Shown here piece by piece: positions 50,421 to 59,746 of a DNA stretch of 64,000 bases. The translations under genes were made by a program, and so were the position numbers. Source of the stretch: Nitrospirota bacterium. GTDB taxonomy: Bacteria; Nitrospirota; Nitrospiria; 2-01-FULL-66-17. The stretch lies in contig JBMOMC010000043.1 of assembly GCA_049325335.1 (NCBI GenBank), positions 402,633 through 466,632 on the forward strand. Reading direction: 5' to 3'. Positions within the stretch are counted from its first letter, which is position 1. The number at the start of each line of letters is the position of its first letter. Under the pieces are notes generated by a model. That model did not search any database. It was not told the DNA's origin and worked only from the letters and a program-made list of their open reading frames with translations.

Positions 50421-51349
50421 GGCGCTTTGCGCCGCGCGCGGGGATGCGCCGCGTCGTAGACCGACATCAGATGATCCACGGTCACGCGCGTGTACCGCTG
50501 CGTGGTGGCCAAGGACGCGTGGCCCAACATGTCCTGGATCGCGCGCAGGTCGGCGCCGCCCTCCAACAGGTGCGTGGCGAAGCTGTGGCGCAACGTGTGG
50601 GGGCTGGCATCAGGCGCGCCGGCCGCGCGGCCCGCGCTTTTGACGATCCGCGCGATGGTCCGGCTCGACAACCGTTGTCCGGTCTTGCCGACGAACAGTG
50701 CGCCGGTACGCCCCATGCCGACGGCATCTCGATATGCCCGGATCGCGGCCATGGCCTTGGCCCCGATCGGCACCACGCGTTCCTTGCGCCCTTTGCCGAA
50801 CAGACGCACGAGGCCCGCGTCCCACTCGATGTCCCCGACGTTGAGTGCGGTCAACTCGGACAGGCGCGCGCCCGTGGAGTAGAACGTTTCAAGCACGGCG
50901 CGATCGCGCAGCGCGCCGTCTCCCGCGCCGTCGGGCGCTTCGACGACAGCCCGCGCCGCGTCCACCGAGAGCGCCTTGGGTAAAGGCTTGTCCTGTTTGG
51001 GCGTGGCCACGCCGGAGGCCGGGTTCGACGCGATGACCCCATCGCGCCAGAGATATCGATACATGGTCCGGACCGCGGCCAGCTTTCGCATCATGGAGGA
51101 CTTCTTCACGCCCCGCTGCTTCAGGCACGCGAGATACCCGCGAATGTCCAGGCGATCCGCCTTGAGAATGCGATCCGCGCCCGCGGCGGGCTCCGTTCCC
51201 AGCGGCAGGGACGCGTCCAAGGCGCGGTCCGGGTCGCGCAAGTACGCCGCGAACTGCCTCAGATCCGAGCCGTACGCGCGCAGCGTCTCACCTGAGGCGC
51301 CGCGTTCCAGGGCCAGGATGTTCAGGACGCGAGTGATTGGATTTTCCAC
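50417..51349 (-). CDS. xerC: tyrosine recombinase XerC
   Basis: [42 protein letters not shown]; conserved trmFO-xerC-hslVU context. Confidence 0.9.
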   Translation of the reverse strand: MENPITRVLNILALERGASGETLRAYGSDLRQFAAYLRDPDRALDASLPLGTEPAAGADRILKADRLDIRGYLACLKQRGVKKSSMMRKLAAVRTMYRYLWRDGVIASNPASGVATPKQDKPLPKALSVDAARAVVEAPDGAGDGALRDRAVLETFYSTGARLSELTALNVGDIEWDAGLVRLFGKGRKERVVPIGAKAMAAIRAYRDAVGMGRTGALFVGKTGQRLSSRTIARIVKSAGRAAGAPDASPHTLRHSFATHLLEGGADLRAIQDMLGHASLATTQRYTRVTVDHLMSVYDAAHPRARRKAP

Positions 51350-52647
51350 TTGTCCAAATCACTCAGCGCGCGATCCACGATCTTTTGCCGGCGCACGTCG
51401 CGCTGTACCACGCGGGTGGGAAGCGGCGGGAACAGGCCGAGGTTCACGTTCATGGGCTGGAAGTGCCGCGGATCGCTGGTGGTCAAATACGTGACCAACG
51501 TCCCCAGCGTGGTAGTGGGCGGCGGGATAATGAGCGGTTTATGTTGAATGAAGTTCGCCGCGTTGATGCCCGCGAGCAGCCCCATGCCCGCGGATTCGGT
51601 GTAGCCCTCCACGCCCACGATCTGGCCCGCGAAGAAAATCCGCGAGTCGTAGCGCAGTTGCAACGTCTCTCGGAGCAGGAGCGGCGCGTTGATGAACGTA
51701 TTGCGGTGCAAGCTGCCGAATCGCAGGAACTCGACCTGCTCCAATCCCGGGATCATGCGAAACACGCGTTTTTGCTCCGGCCACTTGAGTTTGGTCTGAA
51801 AGCCCACCATGTTGAAGGCCTGGCCGTGCACGTCTTCGGGACGCAATTGCACCACCGCGAACGGCCGTTGCCCCGTGCGCGGGTCCACCAGCCCCACCGG
51901 CTTCATCGGGCCGAATAACAAGGTTTGCCGACCGCGGTCGGCCTGGACTTCGATGGGCATGCAGCCCTCGAAATACGGCGTCTTCTCAAACTCGCGGGTC
52001 GGCACCTTTTCCGCGGCGAGCAGCGCCGCGTAGAAGTCGTTGTACTCGGCCTCGGTCATTGGGCAATTCAAATAATCGTCGCCGCCCTTGTTGTAGCGGG
52101 ATGCGGGGAACACGATCGAGCGGTCGACGGTTTCGCCGTCCACGATCGGGGAAATCGCGTCGAAGAAATACAGGCGCTCGGCCTTGGTCAATTTTTTGAG
52201 CGATTCGGCCAAGGCATCAGACGTCAGCGGGCCGGTGGCCACGATCACCGGACCGTGGTCCGGGATGGTCGTCAGCTCTTCGCGGATCAACGTGATGTTC
52301 GGGTGGGTGGAGATCTCTTTGGTGATACGCGCCGCGAACTCCACGCGGTCCACGGCGAGCGCGGAGCCCGCGGGCACGCGGCACGTGTCGGCCACGCGCA
52401 CCACCAACGAGCCCAGCCGGCGCATTTCCTCCTTGAGGATGCCGGCGGCGTTGGTGATATCCGAGGAACCCAACGAGTTCGAGCAAACCAGTTCGGCCAA
52501 CTGGTCGGTCTTGTGCGCCGCGGTGGGCCGGGTGGGCCGCATTTCGTACAACGCGACCTTCACGCCGCGTTCGGCCGCTTGCCACGCCGCTTCGCAGCCC
52601 GCCAACCCGCCGCCGAGCACAGTTACGTCCGGAGTGTCCTGTGTCAT
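51322..52647 (-). CDS. trmFO: folate-dependent tRNA (uracil-54)-methyltransferase
   Basis: [35 protein letters not shown]. Confidence 0.96.
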   Translation of the reverse strand: MTQDTPDVTVLGGGLAGCEAAWQAAERGVKVALYEMRPTRPTAAHKTDQLAELVCSNSLGSSDITNAAGILKEEMRRLGSLVVRVADTCRVPAGSALAVDRVEFAARITKEISTHPNITLIREELTTIPDHGPVIVATGPLTSDALAESLKKLTKAERLYFFDAISPIVDGETVDRSIVFPASRYNKGGDDYLNCPMTEAEYNDFYAALLAAEKVPTREFEKTPYFEGCMPIEVQADRGRQTLLFGPMKPVGLVDPRTGQRPFAVVQLRPEDVHGQAFNMVGFQTKLKWPEQKRVFRMIPGLEQVEFLRFGSLHRNTFINAPLLLRETLQLRYDSRIFFAGQIVGVEGYTESAGMGLLAGINAANFIQHKPLIIPPPTTTLGTLVTYLTTSDPRHFQPMNVNLGLFPPLPTRVVQRDVRRQKIVDRALSDLDKWKIQSLAS

Positions 52648-52734
52648 GGTCGAGAGATTCCGTGCAGAATGAACGATTCTACGGACCAGGCGGAAAGCCT
52701 GTCAAGCCAACGTGCGTCGGAGAGCCGCGCGCCC

Positions 52735-53013
52735 TCAGATCCACCACACGCCCAGCCAGCCGAAGAATCCGGAGGCGGCCAGGACTTTTTGGAGCGCGGT
52801 CAACCGGCGCGTGGAGAGGATGACCGGAAGGCTCAGCGGAGAGGTGAGAAAACAGGCGGTGAGAAACACCCACTTGGGCATGCGTTGAGCGCGTGGCGGG
52901 TCGGGGAAGTTCGAACAAAACGGACATTCGATCTCGCCGTCGAGCACCTGACCGCAGCGCACGCAGCGGGTGCGGTTGAGCAGTTCGTCGAGATCCTGAT
53001 CCTGGTCGGTCAT
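52735..53013 (-). CDS. Zn-ribbon membrane protein, hypothetical
   Basis: CVRC...CPFC followed by two hydrophobic helices. Confidence 0.65.
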   Translation of the reverse strand: MTDQDQDLDELLNRTRCVRCGQVLDGEIECPFCSNFPDPPRAQRMPKWVFLTACFLTSPLSLPVILSTRRLTALQKVLAASGFFGWLGVWWI

Positions 53014-53017
53014 GGTG

Positions 53018-53371
53018 TTACGCGATCTTGATCACGAAGTGCATCGCAAAGTCCAGTGCGGTGCCGAGCACGCAGACCAGAAACAAAGGGCCGACGAACC
53101 GCGGACCGGTGCGCCAGAAATAGACAGTGTTGAAGATCAGTATGGCGTCGTACCCGATGTTCACGATCTGGTGGGCGAGCGGAAACGGGCGCGCAAGGAA
53201 CGCGGTGGCGAAGATCAGTCCGAGCGGCAGAATAACGAGCAGCAGCGGCAAAGGCTTGCGGCGGGCGATCAGGACCACCACCAATGCGGCCACGAGCGCC
53301 ATGAAGACGACCAGGAAGAAGATGTGGGCGAGGAAGAAGGTTTGCGCGCCGGCGCGTTCGGCTTCGTGCAT
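53018..53371 (-). CDS. small 4-TM membrane protein, hypothetical
   Basis: Hydrophobic; tightly packed behind crcB. Confidence 0.65.
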   Translation of the reverse strand: MHEAERAGAQTFFLAHIFFLVVFMALVAALVVVLIARRKPLPLLLVILPLGLIFATAFLARPFPLAHQIVNIGYDAILIFNTVYFWRTGPRFVGPLFLVCVLGTALDFAMHFVIKIA

Positions 53372-53374
53372 AGC

Positions 53375-53764
53375 CTACAACCACGCTTTGGCGATCATCA
53401 CGCCGAGCTGCACTGCCACGAGCCCCGCGAACACGCTGAACGCCATGTAAAGCGCGGCCGTGAGCCAGCGGCCGTTCAGGAACAGCACATGGTTCTCCCA
53501 CGCGAATGAGGAGAACGTGGTGTACGCGCCGAGAAACCCGATGGCCAATAACCATTGGACGTGGTCGGGACGGGCGATCAACCGCTCCACGATGACGGTG
53601 CCGAGAATGCCGATCAGAAAACAGCCCGAAATGTTGACCACAAACGTGCCCAGCGGAACACGCGTGCCGAACACCGAGCCGATCCACGTGCCCACAATAA
53701 ACCGCGCGTTGGCGCCGAGAAAGCCGCCGATGCCGACGAGAAGATAGGGGGTGAGTTGGCGCAC
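53375..53764 (-). CDS. crcB: fluoride efflux channel CrcB/Fluc
   Basis: GGFLGANAR, GTFVVN, GFLGAYTTFSSF. Confidence 0.95.
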   Translation of the reverse strand: MRQLTPYLLVGIGGFLGANARFIVGTWIGSVFGTRVPLGTFVVNISGCFLIGILGTVIVERLIARPDHVQWLLAIGFLGAYTTFSSFAWENHVLFLNGRWLTAALYMAFSVFAGLVAVQLGVMIAKAWL

Positions 53765-53929
53765 GCGTTCCTCCGGTCAAGAATCCTCGACAGAGACCGG
53801 ACTACCTTAAAGGAAAACGCCGTCGACGTCCAGACTGATCTGTGCCGTCATCGGGCATGCCGTGAGGTTGACTTCGCACGGGGATCGTCTCATAGTGGCC
53901 AGAAATCTCATCCGGAGGAGAGTCGACCG

Positions 53930-54799
53930 ATGATGAAACGCTTGATCGCTACATGGTCGTTCGTGTTGTTCGCGATTGTCCCGGCCATTGGGTCGGCTTA
54001 CGCAATTGAGTATGGCCTGGAAGGCAGTGCCGCGGCCTATCGTTGGGTGGAAGATTTCGGTGGATTACGGCCTGAAGAATTCGGCCCCGTGGTCGAACTC
54101 GGCGGGTACGTGAGTGGCATGCCGTATCGACTCGGCGGCTCGCCGGAATCAGCCACGTCGCTCACGTTGCGAGGCGACGTGCGCCTGCTGCTTGGGCGAG
54201 TGAATTACGACACGTTTGAAACTGATTTAAATACCAATGTGACGACGCCGGTCAGTACTACAACAACGTATGTCGGCGCGACATACGAAGGGTCGGTTGG
54301 GGCACGAGGCGTACGGAACATTGGGTATCTCGAACCATTTATCGGGTTAGGTTTCCGCTGGTGGTTACGGGATGTCGGAGGGGCTAGCGGGTACCCGGAG
54401 GTTTACCGCCAGATCTATGGACGTGTCGGCGTGCGAACTGAGCATGCATTGGGAGACAAGTTGAAGTTCCGAAGCACATTTTCCGTTGATCCTGTCTTGT
54501 GGTCCCGCGAAGAAGTCGACCTTAGCGGGATTGCCTTCATGGACACGGACTTCAGTCCTGCTGTGTTGGTCGAGGGGCAGCGGTTCACGGTCAAAAACGG
54601 ATTGAAACCGGGGTGGACCGTCGAAGCGGGTATCCGGCAGGGCCAACTCGATATTACTGGTTTCTGGCGTGCCGTGAGGCTTGGAGAAAGCAACCGAGTC
54701 ATCTGTATGGAGTCCGCCCAACCGCAAGCTCGCCGAGGGTGTTTGCAGCCCGAGTCGGATCAAGATGTCTTCGGGGTGCGGTTCGGCGTCGCGTTCTAG
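53930..54799 (+). CDS. outer-membrane beta-barrel protein (putative)
   Basis: GGAGGAG RBS, signal peptide, alternating amphipathic strands, C-terminal FGVRFGVAF. Confidence 0.75.
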   Translation: MMKRLIATWSFVLFAIVPAIGSAYAIEYGLEGSAAAYRWVEDFGGLRPEEFGPVVELGGYVSGMPYRLGGSPESATSLTLRGDVRLLLGRVNYDTFETDLNTNVTTPVSTTTTYVGATYEGSVGARGVRNIGYLEPFIGLGFRWWLRDVGGASGYPEVYRQIYGRVGVRTEHALGDKLKFRSTFSVDPVLWSREEVDLSGIAFMDTDFSPAVLVEGQRFTVKNGLKPGWTVEAGIRQGQLDITGFWRAVRLGESNRVICMESAQPQARRGCLQPESDQDVFGVRFGVAF

Positions 54800-54807
54800 T
54801 CGATTCT

Positions 54808-55518
54808 GTGCCAGCCGATTCCCGTCTCGATCTTGTCGAACGCTTCTTCCGCGGCACCGGCCCCACGTATGATTTCATGGTCCATGCCGCTACGCTGGGG
54901 ATCGACCGGTTGTGGAAGCGGCGGATGGTGCGGATCGTGCGCGAACAGGTGGGCGAGCCGCGGGCGATCCTGGATTTGGCGTGTGGGACCGGGATTTCCA
55001 CGTTCGCGTTCGCGCGGGCGTTTCCGAACGCGAAGATTGTGGGCGTGGAGCTGCGCGACGAGTACCTTCAGCGGGCGCGGGCGAAATTGGCGACGAACCC
55101 TGATTCGCGGATCGACTTTGTGTTGAGCCGGGCTGAGGACTTCACCACCGACCAACGGTTCGACGTGGTGTCCGCGTCGTACTTGGCCAAATACGCGGAC
55201 CTGTCGGTGCTGGTCGACAAGATAGGCCGGTGGCTGGTACCCAATGGACTTCTGATCATGCACGATTTCACGTTGCCGCCCAATCGAATCGCGTTGGCGG
55301 TCTGGCGCGGGTACTTTTGGTTGTTGCAAACGATCGGGGTGAAGATATTCCCCGCGTGGAAGGAAATCTACGACGGGCTGCCTGAGTTGATCGAAACCAC
55401 GCAATGGACATCCGAATTGCCGGACCTGCTGCGCCGAGCCGGATTCCGTGACGTGGCGTTCGAGTGGCAGACGTTGTGGGGTTCGGCGATCGTCACGGCG
55501 CGTCGTCCGTCTGTGTAG
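54808..55518 (+). CDS. UbiE/MenG-like class I SAM methyltransferase
   Basis: TYD...LGID.LWK, ILDLACGTG. Confidence 0.85.
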   Translation: MPADSRLDLVERFFRGTGPTYDFMVHAATLGIDRLWKRRMVRIVREQVGEPRAILDLACGTGISTFAFARAFPNAKIVGVELRDEYLQRARAKLATNPDSRIDFVLSRAEDFTTDQRFDVVSASYLAKYADLSVLVDKIGRWLVPNGLLIMHDFTLPPNRIALAVWRGYFWLLQTIGVKIFPAWKEIYDGLPELIETTQWTSELPDLLRRAGFRDVAFEWQTLWGSAIVTARRPSV

Positions 55519-55542
55519 GGGCGCACGGCCGTGCGCCCCTAC
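55515..55542. repeat. GTAG-type REP-like perfect palindrome
   Basis: GTAGGGGCGCACGG-CCGTGCGCCCCTAC. Confidence 0.85.
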
Positions 55543-56423
55543 GAGAGCGAGAATCGAAACAATGCCAGCCCGAGGCCCAACGCGATGACGCCGAGGCTCA
55601 GACTTTTTAGAATCCGTTCGTCGCGCGCGGCCACCGCAGTGTCATTTTGGGAACGGTTCTGCATCTGTTTGATCGCCTTGTATGCCCGCGAGGCCGTGAT
55701 CTCCACCAGGCTCAGCGCGGCCATGGCAGCGGCTACGATCAGCGCGGCCGGCGACAGCGAATTGGTCTGCATCACGTAACCGGTCAGCGCCGGCAACGCG
55801 CCCCAGGAGAGCGCGAACCAACCGTTGGTGTGAAACCGACCGTTCCACCACTCGAGATTGTAGGCGAACACAAAAAAGCCTTCGATGACCGCAAACACGG
55901 CGAGCCAGGGCACGTACCAGTAGCTGTAATGGCCCGCGATGGCGTACGCGACGAGGAGTGCCCCCGCCGCGGCGATCCATAATTGGCGCCGCGAGAACAC
56001 CGTGCCCCACGGCTTGATCTCGCGACTGCCCAACGCATCCAGCGCGTGCGCGGCGATGCCGAGGCCCAGAAAGTAGATCACCAACAATGCAGCCACGCGA
56101 TCCCACGCCACGGTGGGCGCGAGCATTCCCCCAATCACGGTGTATGAGAGCACCATGCCGGTGTAGGGAAAAAACAAGAGGCCGATAGCAGTACGAAACC
56201 AGAGCGGCCCGCGGCGGGGGACGAACCACTCGTTCAGGCGGGAGGGGGCTGAAGAGACGAGGGGGAGAGGGGGTGATGGGGAGAGGGGGTGATGGGGGGA
56301 ACTGGGGAAGGGACGAGGGGGCGAGGGGGAGAGTGGGCGAAAGGGGGAGGAAGGCGTGGGGTCGGTTGGATCGTGGTCTGTCGCCCGCTCCCCGGCTCCC
56401 CGGTTCCCCGGTTCGGTGTTCAC
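55539..56423 (-). CDS. multi-TM membrane protein (UbiA-like topology) with Pro/Ser-rich repeat-derived N-terminus
   Basis: FPYTGMVLSY, GIAAHALD, FAYNLE...FHT, WGALP; GTG start 1 nt after the polA stop. Confidence 0.7.
   Translation of the reverse strand: MNTEPGNRGAGERATDHDPTDPTPSSPFRPLSPSPPRPFPSSPHHPLSPSPPLPLVSSAPSRLNEWFVPRRGPLWFRTAIGLLFFPYTGMVLSYTVIGGMLAPTVAWDRVAALLVIYFLGLGIAAHALDALGSREIKPWGTVFSRRQLWIAAAGALLVAYAIAGHYSYWYVPWLAVFAVIEGFFVFAYNLEWWNGRFHTNGWFALSWGALPALTGYVMQTNSLSPAALIVAAAMAALSLVEITASRAYKAIKQMQNRSQNDTAVAARDERILKSLSLGVIALGLGLALFRFSLS
56245..56414. repeat. G-rich 8-mer tandem/palindromic element inside a CDS 5' end
   Basis: Units such as GAGAGGGG/GTGATGGG and CCCCGGTT/CCCCGGCT. Confidence 0.7.
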
Positions 56424-56424
56424 C

Positions 56425-59004
56425 TCAGTGCGCGTCGGCCCAGTTGGGGCCCGAACCGATATCGACGCGGACCGGCACCGCCAGCGGGTACGCGCCTTCC
56501 ATCTCGGTTTTGACCAGGGCTTTCAGCGCATCGACATCATTCTGCGCGACCTCAAAGACCAGTTCGTCGTGCACTTGGAGCAACATGCGCGCGTCGAGCC
56601 GCTCGCGGTCAAGCCGCCGGTCGATGTTGATCATGGCGAGTTTGATGATGTCCGCGGCGCTGCCCTGAATCGGGCTGTTCACGGCGCTGCGTTCGCCGAA
56701 GCTGCGCTGTGCCGGGATGCTGCTCGCCAGTTCCGGGATCGGGCGTTTGCGGCCCAGCATGGTGGTGACGAACCCGTCCGAGCGCGCCTTCTCGATGGTG
56801 GCGTCCACGAAGCGCCGCACGCCCGCGAAGTGGGCGAAGTACTCGTCGATGTACCGCTTGGCTTCGCCCTGCGACACGCCGAGCTGTTCCGAGAGGCCGA
56901 ACGGCGAGATGCCGTAGATGATCCCGAAGTTGACGGTTTTGGCCGCGCGCCGCATGGCGGGGGTGATCGCGTCCGCGGGCAGGTTGAACAAGGTGCGCGC
57001 GGTGTCGGTGTGCACGTCGCCGTCGGTTCGGAACGCTTCGAGCAACCCGTCGTCGCCCGAGAGGTGGGCCAGGATGCGCAGTTCGATCTGACTGTAGTCG
57101 GCCGAGACCAAGACGTAGCCGGGCTCGGGCACGAACGCGGCGCGGATGCGCGGCCCCATCGGTCCCTTGATCGGGATGTTCTGCAAATTCGGATCGCTGC
57201 TGGAGAGCCGGCCCGTGGCGGCCACGGCCTGGTGGAACGTGGTGTGGATACGGCCGGTGCGCGGGTTGATCAAGGCGGGGAGCGCGTCCACGTATGTTGA
57301 TTTGATTTTGGTGATCTGCCGGTACGCCAAGATTTGTGCGGGCAACTCGTGCTGCGCGGCCAGGTACGTCAACACGCTCTCATCCGTGGAGTAGCCGGTC
57401 TTGGTCTTTTTGAGCGGCGGCAGGCCCAAACGGGTAAATAGGATCTCCGCGAGTTGTTTGGGAGAGTTCACATTGAACTCGCCGCCCGCCAGCGTATACA
57501 GCCGCTGCATCATGCCCGCCATCTGGCCGTCGAGTTCCTTGCTCAAGCCCGCGAGCATATCCCCGTCCACGCGGATTCCGTGGGCTTCCATACGCGCCAA
57601 CACCGGGACCAACGGCAATTCGATCCGCTCGAGTACGGCGGTCTGACCATCCGCGGCCAGGCGGCTGGGCAGCACATCGACCAACGCGTCGGCCGCCGCG
57701 CACCAGTCCGCGGCGGCCTTGGGACCATCTGCGGCCGCCACGGTGCGCGAGAGATATTCCAACGCCACCGTGGCCAGGCTCTGATCAGAGCGGTTGGGGT
57801 TTAACAGGTACGCAACGAGCATGGAGTCCCAGATCGCGCAACGCACGGCAATGCCCCGTCGTATCGCCCACAACAGCAAGGGTTTGACGTTGTGCGCCCT
57901 CACGCTGACGCGCTCATCGCCGAGGACAGGCGTCAACCCGCGAACCACCGGCTCGATCTGGGACGAGGCGGCGAGCATGCCCTGCTCGCCGTTCCTAATC
58001 GCATACGCCACGGCCACGGGCTCCGCGTCCACGGCCGATCCCGTGGACCACATGATGCCCAGGGTCACGGCTCCAGCCTCGCGCGCGCGGCTCATGGCCT
58101 GCGCGAATGCTGTGCCGTCCACCACAGTGACGGCGACCGCAGGCGCGGACTGCGCCGGCGCTAAGGTTTTGAGCAGGGCCGTGAACTCCAATTCCCGGCA
58201 CAACGCAACCAACCGGTCGGTGTCCGGTTCTTGTCGCGCGAAGCGTGGCAGATCCAGCGTGACGGGACAATTCACCTCGATGGTGGCGAGTCGGCGCGAG
58301 CGTCGCGCTTCATCCTGCTGTTCTTCAAGCGAGGCCCGGAGTTTGGCTTGGGGAATCTCGGACCGGCGGGCGAGAATGTCTTCCACTGAGCCGTACTCGC
58401 CAACCAATTTCTTGGCGGTTTTCTCCCCGATGCCTTTCACGCCCGGGATGTTATCGGCCGAATCGCCCATCAGCCCGAGCACGTCTGGCACGAATGGCGG
58501 CGCCACGCCGAAGCGTTCCACGACCTGCAGCTCGCCAAAGACCTTGTTCTTCAGCGTGTCAAACACGGTTATGCGCGGGGACACGAGCTGCAGCATGTCC
58601 TTGTCCGCGGTCACAATCGTAACGTCGAGCCCTTGCGTTTCGGCCTGCCGCGCAATGGTGCCGATCAGATCATCCGCTTCGTAGCCTTCCATCACGAGTG
58701 TGGGGATGTTGAACGCCTCGACCATGCGCTCGATATACGGGAGCTGCTGCGCCATGGGATCGGGCATGGGCGGCCGGTGCGCCTTGTACGCCTCGAATTC
58801 CTCGTGCCGTTTGGTAGGGCCCTTGGAATCGAACGCCACCGCCAGATAATCCGGCTGCTGCTCACGCGCGATTTTGAGCAACATATTGGTAAATCCGAAG
58901 ACCGCATTGGTCTGTAGGCCTTTCGAGGTTGACAGCGGCGGCAGCGCGAAAAACGCGCGGTAAATGTAGCCGTGGCCGTCGATGAGAACGAGTCGTTTGG
59001 GCAT
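56425..59004 (-). CDS. polA: DNA polymerase I
   Basis: 5'-3' exonuclease (YEADD, GDSADNIPGV), TGRLSS.DPNLQN, DYSQIELR, QVHDEL. Confidence 0.98.
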   Translation of the reverse strand: MPKRLVLIDGHGYIYRAFFALPPLSTSKGLQTNAVFGFTNMLLKIAREQQPDYLAVAFDSKGPTKRHEEFEAYKAHRPPMPDPMAQQLPYIERMVEAFNIPTLVMEGYEADDLIGTIARQAETQGLDVTIVTADKDMLQLVSPRITVFDTLKNKVFGELQVVERFGVAPPFVPDVLGLMGDSADNIPGVKGIGEKTAKKLVGEYGSVEDILARRSEIPQAKLRASLEEQQDEARRSRRLATIEVNCPVTLDLPRFARQEPDTDRLVALCRELEFTALLKTLAPAQSAPAVAVTVVDGTAFAQAMSRAREAGAVTLGIMWSTGSAVDAEPVAVAYAIRNGEQGMLAASSQIEPVVRGLTPVLGDERVSVRAHNVKPLLLWAIRRGIAVRCAIWDSMLVAYLLNPNRSDQSLATVALEYLSRTVAAADGPKAAADWCAAADALVDVLPSRLAADGQTAVLERIELPLVPVLARMEAHGIRVDGDMLAGLSKELDGQMAGMMQRLYTLAGGEFNVNSPKQLAEILFTRLGLPPLKKTKTGYSTDESVLTYLAAQHELPAQILAYRQITKIKSTYVDALPALINPRTGRIHTTFHQAVAATGRLSSSDPNLQNIPIKGPMGPRIRAAFVPEPGYVLVSADYSQIELRILAHLSGDDGLLEAFRTDGDVHTDTARTLFNLPADAITPAMRRAAKTVNFGIIYGISPFGLSEQLGVSQGEAKRYIDEYFAHFAGVRRFVDATIEKARSDGFVTTMLGRKRPIPELASSIPAQRSFGERSAVNSPIQGSAADIIKLAMINIDRRLDRERLDARMLLQVHDELVFEVAQNDVDALKALVKTEMEGAYPLAVPVRVDIGSGPNWADAH

Positions 59005-59075
59005 GGGGCGTGCGGAACACTACACCAGGGAGCCGGAGCAACACAAGGCGACGCGGATGTCCACCTCGATATGCC

Positions 59076-59101
59076 GTCATTCCCGCGCGGGCGGGAATGA
59101 C
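59076..59101. repeat. ATTCCC-N8-GGGAAT palindrome (dRS3-like REP)
   Basis: GTCATTCCCGC-GCGG-GCGGGAATGAC. Confidence 0.65.
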
Positions 59102-59149
59102 CGAGACGAAACAGGGACAGCCGTGCGACGACTGGAGGTAATGAACAGT

Positions 59150-59734
59150 CTAGCGAACGCCTTCGTGTTTGAGGAGTTGCGCTTTCAGGTCGAGTCCTCC
59201 CGCGTACCCGGTGAGCGAGCCGTCCGCCCCCACGACCCGGTGGCAAGGAATCACGAGGCCGATCGGGTTGCTCCGACACGCCATGCCCACGGCCCGCGCC
59301 GCGCCGTGGTGGCCGATGGCCGCGGCAATCTGCGCGTAGGTGCGCGTCTGTCCGTAGGGGATATTGAGCAGCGCCGCCCACACCGTGCGCTGAAACGGCG
59401 TGCCTTGCGGGTCAATGGGGAGGGAGAATGCAGTAAGGTGTCGGCGCGCATAGGCGCGTAACTGGAGGCGGGCCTGGCGATGCAGGGGGTCCGTTGATGC
59501 CGCGGCCACGTAGTCGCCGTCAAACGGCGGGTGCAGGTCGAGCGCGATCACTCCCCCGGGACCGGTCACCACCCGGACCGGCCCCCACGGCAGCTCAACG
59601 TAACTGGCCGACACAAGGGTGTCGCTCAGACTGCTTGCTGTTGTCTTGCGTCGGGTCCGAGTGGGGCGAGTGAGGGGGCGCTGGGCGCGTGTCGAAGGAA
59701 GCGGCATCACCATCGCAAGTCTCCCAGGTGACAT
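59150..59734 (-). CDS. ogt: methylated-DNA-protein-cysteine methyltransferase
   Basis: GTPFQ, IPYG, ARAVG, IPCHRV; start uncertain. Confidence 0.92.
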   Translation of the reverse strand: MSPGRLAMVMPLPSTRAQRPLTRPTRTRRKTTASSLSDTLVSASYVELPWGPVRVVTGPGGVIALDLHPPFDGDYVAAASTDPLHRQARLQLRAYARRHLTAFSLPIDPQGTPFQRTVWAALLNIPYGQTRTYAQIAAAIGHHGAARAVGMACRSNPIGLVIPCHRVVGADGSLTGYAGGLDLKAQLLKHEGVR

Positions 59735-59746
59735 GGTGTGTTGCTA

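Noticed and set aside
50417..51349. Tyrosine recombinase as a mobile-element integrase
   Set aside because: The trmFO-xerC-hslVU context indicates housekeeping XerC.
53765..53929. Fluoride riboswitch upstream of crcB
   Set aside because: I could not find the GGCGATGG...CGCC/TGATG consensus on the minus strand; an Infernal scan would settle it.
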